From Lepidodermella squamata (lineage: Eukaryota > Animalia > Gastrotricha): 64,000 nucleotides of DNA. The notes under the pieces were generated by a model. It saw nothing but the letters and a program-made list of their open reading frames with translations. It was not told where the DNA came from and made no database searches. The DNA lies in assembly GCA_047495785.1 (NCBI GenBank), contig JBLDXI010000011.1, positions 1,364,001-1,428,000 of the forward strand. Reading direction: 5' to 3'. Positions 24,901-37,373 of the stretch are shown one piece after another (position 1 is the stretch's first letter; each line of letters begins with the position of its first letter). The translations under genes and the position numbers were made by a program.

Positions 24901-26656
24901 TTTTAGAACGGAACAATAATATCAAAATAATACGCGTCAGACCGAGACGGAGGGTTTTTATATACTGCAATCCCGCCCCCGGCCGGACGCTAATTCCGGC
25001 CTGTCTAAGCGGCACGCTTTGTTTGAATCGCGCACCCATCGGCTCGGTATAACATGGTTATAGTCGTGTAAATCTTCTAAAACGTGGTTCCGGGGCAAGA
25101 TGACACCTCGCTCGCTTTTTTTTCCAAGAAACAACACTCGAACTGTATTCTTTGTTTTGAATATAGCCACTCAGCCAGGTACCAATTGTTTCGAACCGAT
25201 GAAGAAGATATGGGCGAGTGTTTCGACAAACAACCGTGATTGTTATATTTTGCGTTTTTTGCGCAGGCCTCGGACAATGCACTTCCGCTAATCCCTATTG
25301 TCCTGGATATAAATATCTTTTTCCAGACGAGAACAAGAACACTTGGATTTTTTTCAGGGAAAACGAGACAATTTGTGTCCTTTTGCCGATTTTAACCTGT
25401 TATCTCACATGACGAAAATCAATTTTGAGATTGATGAAAAATTCCATAAAAATACGCCGAAAATGGAAAAATACCGAAAATTACCGAACCTTCGGGTTTT
25501 TCGGGTTTTCCTCAGTAAATTCGGGTTTTAACCGATACAGAATGCTTGCAGTAGCTTCTGTTCATAAATAGCATCCAAATCAATCGCGAAAAGTGATAAC
25601 AGGAACATGCCCGAATGATACCCCGGAAAAACCCGATCGGTAAGTTTTTCGGTAATTTCATACTACCGAATCGAAAAGTTCAACAGGTTTTGGACATGTG
25701 AGCTGCTAATTAACTTATCTCATCAACAACCCTTTTATGCCAGGGTAACTTGTAGTGTCCCACTTTTAACTATCCTATCAAAAATTCCTAGTTCCAATGT
25801 TCATCCAGCAGCCACTCCTTCAATGACACGCGACACGTGTATAATTTTACAAAAATGATATTTTTATTCAATTTTAATCAATTTATTCTATTCAATTGAA
25901 TTTTAAACAGCTTATTTACTCTCAGGTAATCTTAGCTGAAAGGAACTTTATATGCCAATGATAACTTGCTGTTGTTTTTTTCATTTACCAACTACTACGT
26001 CATCCGTGTTTTCGTGTTTTGTCACACGTTTTGCGACGTCGTGCTGATTTCGGGCGCAAAAATAATACACTCCGTGCCATCAGTAGAGGTAGGTAAAGCC
26101 TGCGTTTAGAGTAGCCTCAACACGGACAATGCGCCCGCGGGTTTGTTTTCTTTCATCAACAGCGCGCGCGCACCTATAGATTATGCATGAACAGGCCCGA
26201 CAGCGTTTTGCGCATGCTAGCAAAAATATATAAAACTTGCCTTGCGACATCAAGGCGTGCCTTCTTTCGCTGGCTGCCAGATTCGCTTTTCAGCTACGGC
26301 GCATAAGACGCCAATAAACAGCGCCATCGCATGTCTCCGGCGCCTTGAATATACAATACACCATATGTTCGGTCGCACGCTGTAGGCTTCCAAATTTGTC
26401 CTGTATAATCTGAAAACATAGGAGCCGCACTCTTGTTTTATAGCCCGCAGTCAATGCTCTGTGAACACAGATCGAGTCCTTCATTTCACATGACTGATTC
26501 ATCGCAAGCCATAAGCCACTTTAATGCAGTCGTCACAGAAAATCAGCATTCATCTATCAGACCTCAAGTGTTGCCCCTTTTGCGAGAAACCAGGACTTTT
26601 TTAATCAGTTACGTGGACGCTCTTCCTTTTTTGTGTTATTAGAGCCCTGCTTTTTA

Positions 26657-27997
26657 ATGTCTTACTGTTCGTCGAATGGCGAGACAGCTGAATTTTTCAG
26701 CAAGATGTCACCCTTCAAGCTTTTTGCCTCGCCGTCGATTTACACAAATGACAACCGTGACGCTTGCGTCGAGAGCCATATGAGCAATGCTAACACTTGC
26801 GACGACCATCTAATAGCAGCGGACAATCTTTTGGGCGGAAAAGCCGCGAAAAAGTTGGCACCCTTCGAAAACTTCGCTCTAATTCAGAGCAACGTGATCA
26901 ACGCGAGACCTGTCATTTCGTTCAAGGATGTGACAAGTTACTCGGCTAAAATCGCTTGGCATTTAGAGCCAGTTACAACGCAAGATTCGGCCCATTTGCG
27001 ATCAGCTTCTGTCGATTTGCTAACAAATGACCCTTGCCTTGCTGTTGATTTTTCCAACGCTAGATACAGCCTGTATTTCGATATCCCAGGCGATACTGAA
27101 AAGTTTCGTTTGCTGTACTACGGACCGAAGAATCGTGTCAAAATCACTGGCCTGCGTCGTTCGACAATTTACCGAGTTTTCATCAGGGCTTCGATTGATC
27201 CGAGGGGGAAAGATGTTGGAACATTCGCTGCTTTTGCTACAACACCCGAGCCTCGTTTGCTCGACGACGGCCCCAGTAATGAAAGGCGTCATTTGAAAGG
27301 ATGGCTCGCCTATGCGAATCCTAAGGAAAAAGATGAGGCTGTTCTTTCGGTTCCATCTTACCGAGCGGCAATGTGGTGCCGTAGATATTGCCAGCTAACT
27401 GAGGAACCTAAACTTGACACTGAATACACTTGGCAACACTACAAGTGGACGGCGAAGGAAAACGGCTGGAGTGAGATGAAGCGACAGAATTTCAAGGCGC
27501 TACTATTCCAAAATCTTCCCGGAATCAAATTCAACGAGCGAGACATGTGTAACATAGATCTTCAGGAATATCAGGAGGATGAAGATTTTCACACGACGAT
27601 TAAAGATGCGCAAAAAAGTTCGCTATGCTGGCGAAGTCCAGATTGCATCCCTTGCTCAATCGGAGCTCTTCATTTATGCCAAGCTCAATCGGTTGTTTAC
27701 TGGCTTTCTTGTGACTTGTGTGGTTCTGACTACATCGGTCGAACTCCGTCAAATTGCAATCTGACTGAATGCTTCAATGGCCAACATCCTTGGGTCAGAG
27801 GTCACTTCCGTGAAAATCACTCTGCTTTGTTAGGAGATGACTTATCCCACATTCACAGCGAAGACGTGATTCGTTGCTATGAAAACGTAACAGGTATCGC
27901 CTTGCAAGCTGGTGAATCGAGAGAAGGAAATTTGGGCATTTTGCAAAAATTCATTAGGCAGCTAAAGCCAACAGATAATGGACTGCAATACGAATAG
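26657..27997 (+). CDS. Intronless protein with an FN3 domain and a C-terminal Penelope-type GIY-YIG-like domain
   Basis: FN3 signature (VTSYSAKIAW...YSLY...LLYYGP..VKITGLRRSTIYRVFIRA). C-terminus CIPC...CQAQSVVYWLSCDLCGSDYIGRT...HFRENH...FIRQLKPTDN. Confidence 0.7.
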   Translation: MSYCSSNGETAEFFSKMSPFKLFASPSIYTNDNRDACVESHMSNANTCDDHLIAADNLLGGKAAKKLAPFENFALIQSNVINARPVISFKDVTSYSAKIAWHLEPVTTQDSAHLRSASVDLLTNDPCLAVDFSNARYSLYFDIPGDTEKFRLLYYGPKNRVKITGLRRSTIYRVFIRASIDPRGKDVGTFAAFATTPEPRLLDDGPSNERRHLKGWLAYANPKEKDEAVLSVPSYRAAMWCRRYCQLTEEPKLDTEYTWQHYKWTAKENGWSEMKRQNFKALLFQNLPGIKFNERDMCNIDLQEYQEDEDFHTTIKDAQKSSLCWRSPDCIPCSIGALHLCQAQSVVYWLSCDLCGSDYIGRTPSNCNLTECFNGQHPWVRGHFRENHSALLGDDLSHIHSEDVIRCYENVTGIALQAGESREGNLGILQKFIRQLKPTDNGLQYE

Positions 27998-29336
27998 CTG
28001 TGATATTCACACTTCATCCAAGTTTATTTGTGATCTCATATGTGTGACCTTAGCAGTGTGATGCGCTAAACGTTTGAAACACACCGACTACAGAATATCC
28101 GTGATTTTTGTCTCTATACAGTGGCGATTTTTAGCGATTGAAATTATCTGTTTGCTTTTTTGATCTGAATAAAATACTAGCTGATGATATCAAGACTCTT
28201 GAAACTCGCCAATCGCCAAGCCATGCAGGTAACCACACAAATCCTAGGGTAACGGCGGGTAACCAACCGCTGGCAGCTAACCAGGAAGAAAGAAGAGGAA
28301 AACTGGCAACTCCAAATTTTAAAATTTCCCGCCAATATTTTATAAATTATGCTCGATTGTTAAAATGAAATTACTAATTATTTTTGTATAATATTAAAAC
28401 AATGTGTATCAAAACCGTTCAACCGTTTTGCGGTTTTTTCAAAAAATTCAAGCTGAAGGAACCGACGAACCGACGAACCGAAAAGCCGAGGTAACAGGTA
28501 ACCTGCTTGCTGCTTGTTGCCTGGAACCTGGCAAATCAGTTAATCCATGCTGAATACAGGGATAGGTGAGAGGCGAGAGGATTATTCATAATTTTTAGGG
28601 CGTTTTGGTAGAATCCCTTTTTCCTTAGATTTTAGACTCAATCTTCACTTATGCTGGTCGACTAGAAGGAAATTTACTCATGCTCTTAGTCCCTTTTTGC
28701 TGATCTTTGTGCTGAGTGATGAATTGGTTTTAATATTTATCCTTAGAGACTATCTTGCCCTAAGTTATTCTAGCCAATAGCTCGCTTTTGCTCAGATTCA
28801 TTCAATACATGGCTGTCTTGTATTGTGTCCGCGCGTGAGGTGTTAAGTGTGAAAGAATCAATCGCCTCTGTTCCCTTTTGGGAATGGCTTCGGATAAATA
28901 TCCTGTATGTACATGCTTATCAGCTCTGAGCCAAGCATGCCGCATTTTTTTCTCCAAGTAAACAGCCAGTTGGTGGTTAGTGGGGTATGTCTTCCGTTTT
29001 CCTGCAGTTCGTGGCAGCTTTGTTATGCTTTATGCTGAGCTGAGGACTTCACTTTGTTATAAGCAGGTATCAAACTTTCCTTATCAATCAACCATTAATC
29101 AACCTGGCTGTTGATCCGAGAAAGACTCTGTACTCAGTTTGACAGCGTGACATAAAGTTTAAACTTACAGTCAGGATAGATTCGATGCTGTTTGGCTGAG
29201 GTCTTTAAATGCTCTTATAGCTATGCTTAGTCCTTTGTTTATGCATAATAACGTACTTGTTTAGCTGCTTAGTGCTTCAACGGTATTTCTTATGTTTAAA
29301 CTGTGATATTATCTTTCTGTTAGAATTACAAACGAA

Positions 29337-30167
29337 ATGCGTACTTGCGGCTCAACTTTGAGCTGCAAGGCTACGCCGATACGCACTGTTGCAAGCAGCC
29401 TCTTGAAGAAATCACGCCGGGTCGATTTCATCCGCGAATTATCATCTCGCAACCTGCATCACATCATCGAAGACAACGTACTCGTCCACCTTCAAGTGCC
29501 AGATCTAGTCAAAGCTCAGCGCGTGTCTCGTTTATGGCGAGCAGTTGTTCGAAGAAGCACGCGATCTCGAGCCATCCTAAACGAGGCGAAAAGACGTGCA
29601 ACTCTTGCTGGGAAAGAGAACGTGGTTGAGCTAGCGAAGAAATCTGCTACTCCACCAGCCCCTAAGCCAGTTGTTCAAGCTCAACTACCCAGCCGTCGAT
29701 CGTTGGGCGCTGTTCCTAATGGAGTTATGACAGCGGAAACGAGGAATAACGTGTTGTATTTGCAGAAATCTCCATCGAAATTTGACTTATTCGTAGCTGT
29801 TGGTGAGCGAATTGCAAATTCTAGGATGAAAGTCTACCGCTGCCCGATGTGTAAGTACCCGGCTTTACAGTCGACCCCGTTAACGCCGGGCACTACCAAG
29901 CGACTTCAAAGCGAGCACGAAATGATTGAATGCGTGTGTGAACGAGCGCGTTGCCGCCACCGATTTTGCGGCACCTGCCTCGCCGATCCGCACCCGTCCA
30001 AGCCGTGCTGGTTTATGAGTTCGGTCGGCGAAGCTAGCAGCGAGTTGATTCAGAATCAAAGCTATGCAATCACGCGTTTATCGCTCGAGACGCCGTCGAC
30101 TCCGCCGCAAGATCAGCTTACAATGGCCCGCCGTCAGCTATTTTCGTCGCTGAGTCGTTTTAGCTGA
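29337..30167 (+). CDS. FBXO5/43-like: F-box + zinc-binding (IBR-type ZBR) protein, Emi1/Emi2-like APC/C inhibitor
   Basis: DFIRELSSRNLHHIIEDNVLVHL..DLVKAQRVSRLWR (Emi1-type F-box), candidate D-box RRSLG, CPMCKYPA...C...CRHRFCGTCLADPH...C (ZBR). Confidence 0.85.
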   Translation: MRTCGSTLSCKATPIRTVASSLLKKSRRVDFIRELSSRNLHHIIEDNVLVHLQVPDLVKAQRVSRLWRAVVRRSTRSRAILNEAKRRATLAGKENVVELAKKSATPPAPKPVVQAQLPSRRSLGAVPNGVMTAETRNNVLYLQKSPSKFDLFVAVGERIANSRMKVYRCPMCKYPALQSTPLTPGTTKRLQSEHEMIECVCERARCRHRFCGTCLADPHPSKPCWFMSSVGEASSELIQNQSYAITRLSLETPSTPPQDQLTMARRQLFSSLSRFS

Positions 30168-33100
30168 ATGAAATGACGAAAGCTTTCCAAAATTTGAGAA
30201 CTGCCTCAATTGCTCGAAATTTGACATCACTTGCACCGAGGGAAAAATTACCAGAATAATATCAAAACACTCAACAAGAAAATTATTAAAAATGTGGAGG
30301 TTTCTTCTGAAAATTAGCCATCAAAAAATTGAAATAACTTTTTTCAAAAACAATGATTGCGTCTCTTATGAAATCATTTTTTGCGTAATATAGGCAAGAA
30401 CTCGAAATTTATTCTATATCACATAGAATTTAGATGCTCTTGGAATTTCAAAATTTTTGTTATTCCCGGGAATTTTTACGAATTTTACGAAATATTTGTC
30501 ATAAACGCGCAAATCATTTTATCAATTTCGGATTAAATTTGAGACAAGGAACAACAATTTTTTAATTTCAATTCGCGTTAGATTATTTTAGAAAAAATTC
30601 TAAAACTTAACGATTAATTTCGAAAATTCACCGAATTTTGAAAACATTGTTGAAAAATGTTGAAATTAAAATTATTCTGGTAATTTGACTTCTCCGTGAT
30701 TATACCGGTATATTAACCAAAAACTGATGATAACATTACATTGCCATTTTACCAATTGATCTTACCGATGTTATACTTTATATTATTATGTATTACTTTG
30801 TTGCCTATCTTCTTCTTGTTGGTGGTTTCAACTACCCGCGGAACTGCCGAAAAACTACACATGAACTACTATAATTTCTACTACGTTCGTTCGTTATATG
30901 TACTACACTGCTAGTACTTGGATGATACCGATGATGTTGCATTGTCTTGTCGCTCGCTTCTTTTTTTCTCGTTGCTGCTTCATTGCTCGAGTGATTTTCA
31001 GTCATGTACGATACCTACTGCATACGGATGACAACGATGACGTTATTATTCTCATCTATCTTGTCTCAATAACTAGTGAAATGATACTTATGTACAACGT
31101 TTTTTCGAAAATAAATTGCATTGAAAACTTGTTGAGTGTTTCATTTTTCTACAGGTTTGCAGTCTCGCAATGAATTGTAATAAAGATTCCTGTGCCGAAT
31201 TTAGAGCATAACATTGCTCTGAAGCGAAATTGTATCCTCAGGAAAATATTTGCAGCAGTAAGCTAATTTAAAAATGCAGCCGCTGAATTAAACCCGCAAA
31301 ATATGTATCGGAAACTAAAAGATGTTATTTTCTCGTTCAAGCGTTGCGGTGTCCATTTTTTAAGGTTTGAGCTAAACTCGATCTTTCATTTGCACCCAAT
31401 CCTACGAATCATTTTCCAGGAGATTAAAACACAGTGTTTTGAAAAATGATCAGTGTTATTTTGTTTTATTAAAAATGGTTAGTGATAGATCCAGAGTCAA
31501 AACACAAAACAATGCCGAGGTTCACAATTTACATAGAACTGACGAGGGTTTGTTTTTTTTCTAGCTTAAATTGGATTTGTCACGTGATTTCTTTGATGAT
31601 CAACTCGAGATGCTGATAATTTGAAGTCATCGAGCAGTTGAAAGGGAAACCCGTACCGGTTGGTTCCAACTTCCAAACAGGCCGCCTAGGAACATCGTCG
31701 GACAGAGCTCAGCCATTCGGTTCACGATTTCGAGTTAGCCCCAGCATTAATTCTTGTTAATCAATAATATCATAGCCTAAATGAAAAATGTGGCATTAGC
31801 ATCATTGCCACGAAGCAGTCATCGGCTTTATGTTACATGAAAAGTAGTCGAAATTTCTCCGACGGGGCTTTTGTAGATGCCATTTTGCACAATAGATGGA
31901 AGCCCGAGTGGACCTCGAAATTATGGAAAATAATTCTTTGGAAAATGGAATCGAAACTTCACTCGAAATGAGCAAATAGAACATTTTCGAATCAAAAAAT
32001 CATCATCAGACTAATGTGGTCGCCCATAAATGCCAGAAAATCAATAAAATCCCGACCGTTGACTAACCGGCTGGAAATTTTATTGACTCAGCCATGCCTA
32101 ACATAGCGAAAATGTTCCACGGATTCAACGGTTATGCGAATCATCTTAGGCTTTATACAAAAACTAAGGAAAATGACAGTGGCTCAACAAGCGCTCAAAT
32201 CCAGACCCTCAATGTTGGATGCGGAAACTGATAGAATCAGAGAATAATTCCGGGATTTGGTAAAAAATTGAAGTCTTTGGCAGTATATGCGCTGATTTCA
32301 AAGTACCACTTCAAAGCATCAGGGCGCGGGTGTGAATCTCACACATATCAAACAAATGTCTTTATTCACTTGACAACCTAAATGTGGCTCGAATCATCCG
32401 AATTTAGCTTTACTCGAAACCACGTTTTACCGATATAGATAATAAGAGAAGCTCAAGAGCTGTTTTTATCGTGGATGTTACTTCAGTAATTCCGAGGTCG
32501 ATGTTGGATGGGAAAATATAAAAATGCTCAAGTCAGGCTATTGAATGGTATAGATACCTGTTTGACTTCACTGGGCGTCATTTTGACCTACTTATCACTG
32601 TTAACCCATAGGTTTGCGCGATACTTCCTCATTTTGGTGTCGATTAGAGCTGCGGATCAAATCGAACTAACGGAATTTGAAAGTTCCTGGGCTCGGATTT
32701 TGGACAAAGTTTTAATATAGGCTAATATATTATTATTATTATTATGGATGCAGTAAGTAAGAACTCTCTATCATTCGCATGAGGCTATAGACTATCGCGT
32801 AAAAATTGTCTTTACACAGAATTCGATGCATTATGAAATTTTTGGTTGTAAATGCCCCCGCTGAACTAATACAGTATTGTTGAACTGAGCTGCTAGCTTG
32901 GCTAACTTATTCCCGGCAATAATCATCAGCTAAGCTGGCTCGCTTTTCATAGGAGCAAAGCTTGTTTAACAGAGCTCATGTTTAGCCGAGCTGACTATCC
33001 GCTAAAATAACAATGTACAACAGGCCAAAGTCGTAACATTTTAGCAAGCATGGTGACGCGACACTACACGTGTCTTCAGTAATGTATCTTAATTTTGGCT

Positions 33101-34025
33101 AGGACATGTCTGACATCGCGAGAGCTATTACAAGCAGAGTAAAACGGAAAAATCCCACTATGCGCTGCGCAAACTCGACTAGTTGGCGGCTGACCAAGAG
33201 GGTGTGGAGAAGAACACCACCGCAAGCAAACACTGCTCGGAATCCAAGGACGCCAAAATTGTTTATTTGTCAAATACTAATAAATATTCTACATTAATTA
33301 CTTGAGTAATGTTTTGTGTTTAATAAATTTGAAAAACAAACTTTGGCAGGAAATGAATGGCATTAATGCGCGATTTCTCAGTTCGGAACGATGAATTACA
33401 CTCTTTCCAGGCTAAGAAATTGCGATAAGCGATGAGCTTTGTGCGTGAAGAGTTCAGTTTATCACGCCATTAGTCATGAACGTGGGCGATTTCGGGTATA
33501 ACTTTGCTTTATTTATAGCGTGCTCGACTGTCAATGTGATGGTAACCGCACCGTGTTCAGGCTTCAAGCATGTTGGCAGAACTCTCGAGGCAATTGTTTC
33601 ATTAATTTTATATCATATTGCAAGCTTTCTATAGCTACGATATTTCTTTTGCTGGAGTACTGAGCGCGTAAACTCTCTTAAATATATTTTTACTGCCACA
33701 GGGACCTTTTAAGCGGTGTCGTGTAGCTTCTCTTGATGGCGCTCACTAACAACGATTCGTCGTTCATTGCTTAATTTTCCCAGTAATGAGTTTTCTTTTT
33801 AGGCGGGAATTAGGCATTAGGCGAGATCCGAGACCAAACTTACGACATGCAGCATGAATGAATTAGTCGAAGTTGAAAATATCTAGGTTGAAAATTGATG
33901 TGTTTTAGCTTAATAATTCCTGGTCCGTGTTCCGTTGAACGCAGTGTCTTAAGATCAAAAGGTGCTAATAGCTTATGTATTTTTTATAGATTGATGTTTG
34001 ATACGTATTAGTGTTAGCTAGTCGA

Positions 34026-37000
34026 ATGCAGTCGGCTCAACAACAAAACACTGGCGGATCGGCAGACGGTAACATGGCCATCAACCCCGAACTGATAAAC
34101 ACGGCCGCAAACGAGTCGCCAGAAGCTAAGATTGAAGCTGATATCGTCCGAGCTGCTCAATTTGGCGAACTTGATAAAGTCCGCGATCTTATAGAATCAG
34201 GCCAATATGACGTAAACCGACCAGACAAAGAGAATGTCACCCTCATGCACTGGGCAGCTATCAACAACCGCGCGGACATTGTGCGTTACCTTGCGTCGAA
34301 AGGTGCTGGCGTTGATCGTTTAGGCGGTATTTTAAACTCGACGCCTTTACACTGGGCGACCCGCCAGGGCCATTTAGGCATGGTAGTTCTACTGATATCT
34401 CTCGGGGCTGATCCAATGGCTTTGGATGGAGAGGGGTACAATTGCCTTCATTTGGTAAGAAAATATAGATTGTTTGCTGTTTTATAACCTTACTTGCTGT
34501 GTTACAGGCATCTCAATTTGGCTACTCGCCAATCATTGCTTATTTAGTATCAAAGGGCGTTGATATCGACGCTCGCGACTCTCGAGGTTGTACGGCTTTA
34601 ATGTTAACCGCAGCTCGAGTTCGAAGCCCCGACCCGGCTCGAATCCTAATAACCGTAGGCGCTAGTCTTGCCCCTCGCGATACCGCCTCGGGTAACACTG
34701 TATTCCACTACGCTGTGATGGCAGATAACGCGCCGGTTCTTGTCGAGCTAATCAAAACTACGACAGATTCGTCGCAATTCGAGAACAACGACGGCTTGAC
34801 GCCGGTTCAACTCGCGGAAAGGCGCCGGTCGTTCGCCGCCGTTTCTCTACTGAACGAATGGCGACAGGCGAGAGGGCCGAATTCCGATATTCTATCGCGG
34901 CTACGCGGCTCTTACGCTGTTAGGCGGGGCGTTACATTCGGCACAACATTCTTCGCTCTCGGCGCATTTGCGGGTAATTTCGATTTGATATTCGATTACT
35001 ATACGGTGATTATTACGCTTGAATTACCCAGTCAAAAGCTGTTTAGATCGGTTGACTGATTTCTAGCTAAACCACTTCAATTAGCTCGAAAACCACTATA
35101 CAGCTAAAATCTATGTGATTGCCATGATTTTTGACCAATTATATCAACTATTATAGATCAATTCGAACGACTTTGAATTTGACAGTTATAGAAGTGGTCT
35201 TGTGGAAATTTTTCCCAGCTAGAATAACTTAGGGCTGGAAAGTCTGAACATGATACAAATGATTTTCATCGAAATATCTTGATAGTTTCAAGTCTGATGG
35301 GTGGGGAATTAAGCTTTCCTACGGAATTACAAAGCTGGTTTCGTTACAAAATGACTGCTAAATCTTTGAAGACTGAAATTCTGGAGCACTTTCTCACAAG
35401 TTCACCACTTGTAAAACCCAAATTTGGGCCCCAGGGCTCGATTTTCCCAAACTATGGCTTTTCGTTTTGTTATATTACATCCCTCTAGGGTACCAGGTAG
35501 CTGAAATAAAAGGTCTCTGGGCCATAAGATGAGAAGGGAAAAGATCGATATTACAAAGGATTGGAAAAAATTAGTGCAATGTAACTCCAATTTTATTCAA
35601 TTTTGGGCCGAATTTGCAAAGCCATAACGGTTGGCCTGCGTTTTGGCGGGCTAGAATTGGCGCCTTCATCATATCAGGGCAGAAATCAGTAGAATTCATC
35701 AAAACCGGTCGCTTTTCGAGCCACTCGGAGACATAAACATAGCCGCTTCGTTGCTAGAACAAATCATTCAGCTGAATTTGAAGTTGAGCCCATGAAATTG
35801 TTTCAAGAAATCACGTATCAGAGCCAAGACTATAGACGATGTAAATCCCTTTGCCGGTTTCAGAATCACACAGCATATTAATTAATCCCCATCTATGAAA
35901 GAATCCACGAAGTTACAAAAATGGATGGGTTCCGCGGTATTTCTAGAGTCAGAGAGCAGCAAGATTTGCGGCCATTACAAAATTTACATGGCTGCTAATC
36001 GAGGAGAAACGTGTTCTGTTCTCATTTTTCGAGAATCAGAGATGGGCAAATAAGAAATATTTGAGGGCATTTCGGGTTTGGAAACGTATATTTTCCTCTT
36101 GCCTTCGATAGATATTTGATCCAATCGCTAGTGGTTGAGTATTACAGGGCGATCTTGAATTTTTTGAATTTTTTTCCAATATTTTTCTTGAATTTGTCTT
36201 GATTTTTTTTTCATTTTTTTTTCATTTATATTGGCAATTTTTCTATTATTTTTCTTGAATTTTTTCTTGACATTTTTCTATTATTATTTTTGTATTTTCA
36301 CAGCTATTGCCGAAGTTACGCTGCCATGGTGGGCAAAAGCCGTGCTATTCGCCGTCGTCTACTTCGGCATTCAACTCGCATACGGCGGAACAACCGGGCC
36401 GTGGCCGTCGGACCACGACTCGCTCTCCCTCTCACTCTACCTAACCGGCAAGCTGTGGGCGTACATCACGTGGTGGTGGCTGCTGTGGCCCAGCCCGGCC
36501 ATCCCCGTCTGGCTCAGCCTCGCCTTCCTACTCGTCGCAACCAGCGAAACCTACATCCACTACCGCGCGATGACGTCAGACCCAGGCAGGCTGGACAAAC
36601 TACGCGTCGAGCACAAACTCGCCGATATCCGCCAGCTCGCCGAAAAAACCGGCCAGCTCGATCTAGACCGGCTATGCCACACGTGCCTAGTCCGAAAACC
36701 GCTGAGATCGAAGCACTGTTCGGTCTGCAACGCCTGCGTCGCTAGATTCGACCACCACTGCCCGTGGATCGGCAATTGCGTGGGGCTATACACCCAGCGC
36801 TTCTTCATCGGGTTCCTCGTGACAATGCTAACGTGTCTAGTTTTGTTCCTCTACGGCGCCGGGCGGTACTACTCGCAGTGCCCGGCCGTTTCGAACGGCC
36901 TGGTCCAGAACAGCCACGGCGCCCTGGCCGGGTTTGTCAACGCGTTACTAGCCGCGCTGGACTGCTCATCGTGGCTGTTTGTCATGGTCATAATGGTGGC

Positions 37001-37373
37001 GTTGTACTTCGTCTGGATCGGCATGCTACTTGCGCAGCAGTTGTACCTCGTCGGCTGGCTCGGCATCACGACCAACGAGCAGATGAACGCGAATCGCTAC
37101 GCGTATATGAAGGTGATGGAGCACCGGCACAACCACTCGGATTCGTGCGTGGGGCGGCTGAAAACGGCCTGGGCCGCCTTCGGGTGTTGCGGCGCGAAAT
37201 CGAACCAGGTGACGGCGTTTGACCGCGGGTCGTGCCTGGCGAACCTGGCCGATGCCATGCTGTGGGACTGCCCGCCCATCCTGCGGCGGTCGGATACGGA
37301 CTGGATGCGGGTGTTCACGCTGGATGACGCGCGGCCGGGCGCGAGCTATGCCGGCCGCATTGGCACTGTGTGA
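34026..37373 (+). CDS. ZDHHC17: Ankyrin-repeat DHHC palmitoyltransferase (HIP14)
   Basis: Exons 34026-34454, 34508-34973, 36304-37373. Ankyrin repeats ([25 protein letters not shown]), [15 protein letters not shown]...FDHHCPW, TTNE motif. Confidence 0.95.

Noticed and set aside
33055-33067. 13-nt match (gacgcgacactac) to the variable segment of unit A
   Set aside because: A match of this length is plausible by chance given 128 kb searched and many possible 13-mers.
30168-33980. Short ORFs between the Emi1-like gene and ZDHHC17
   Set aside because: No motifs or coherent splice structure; consistent with UTR or intergenic sequence.
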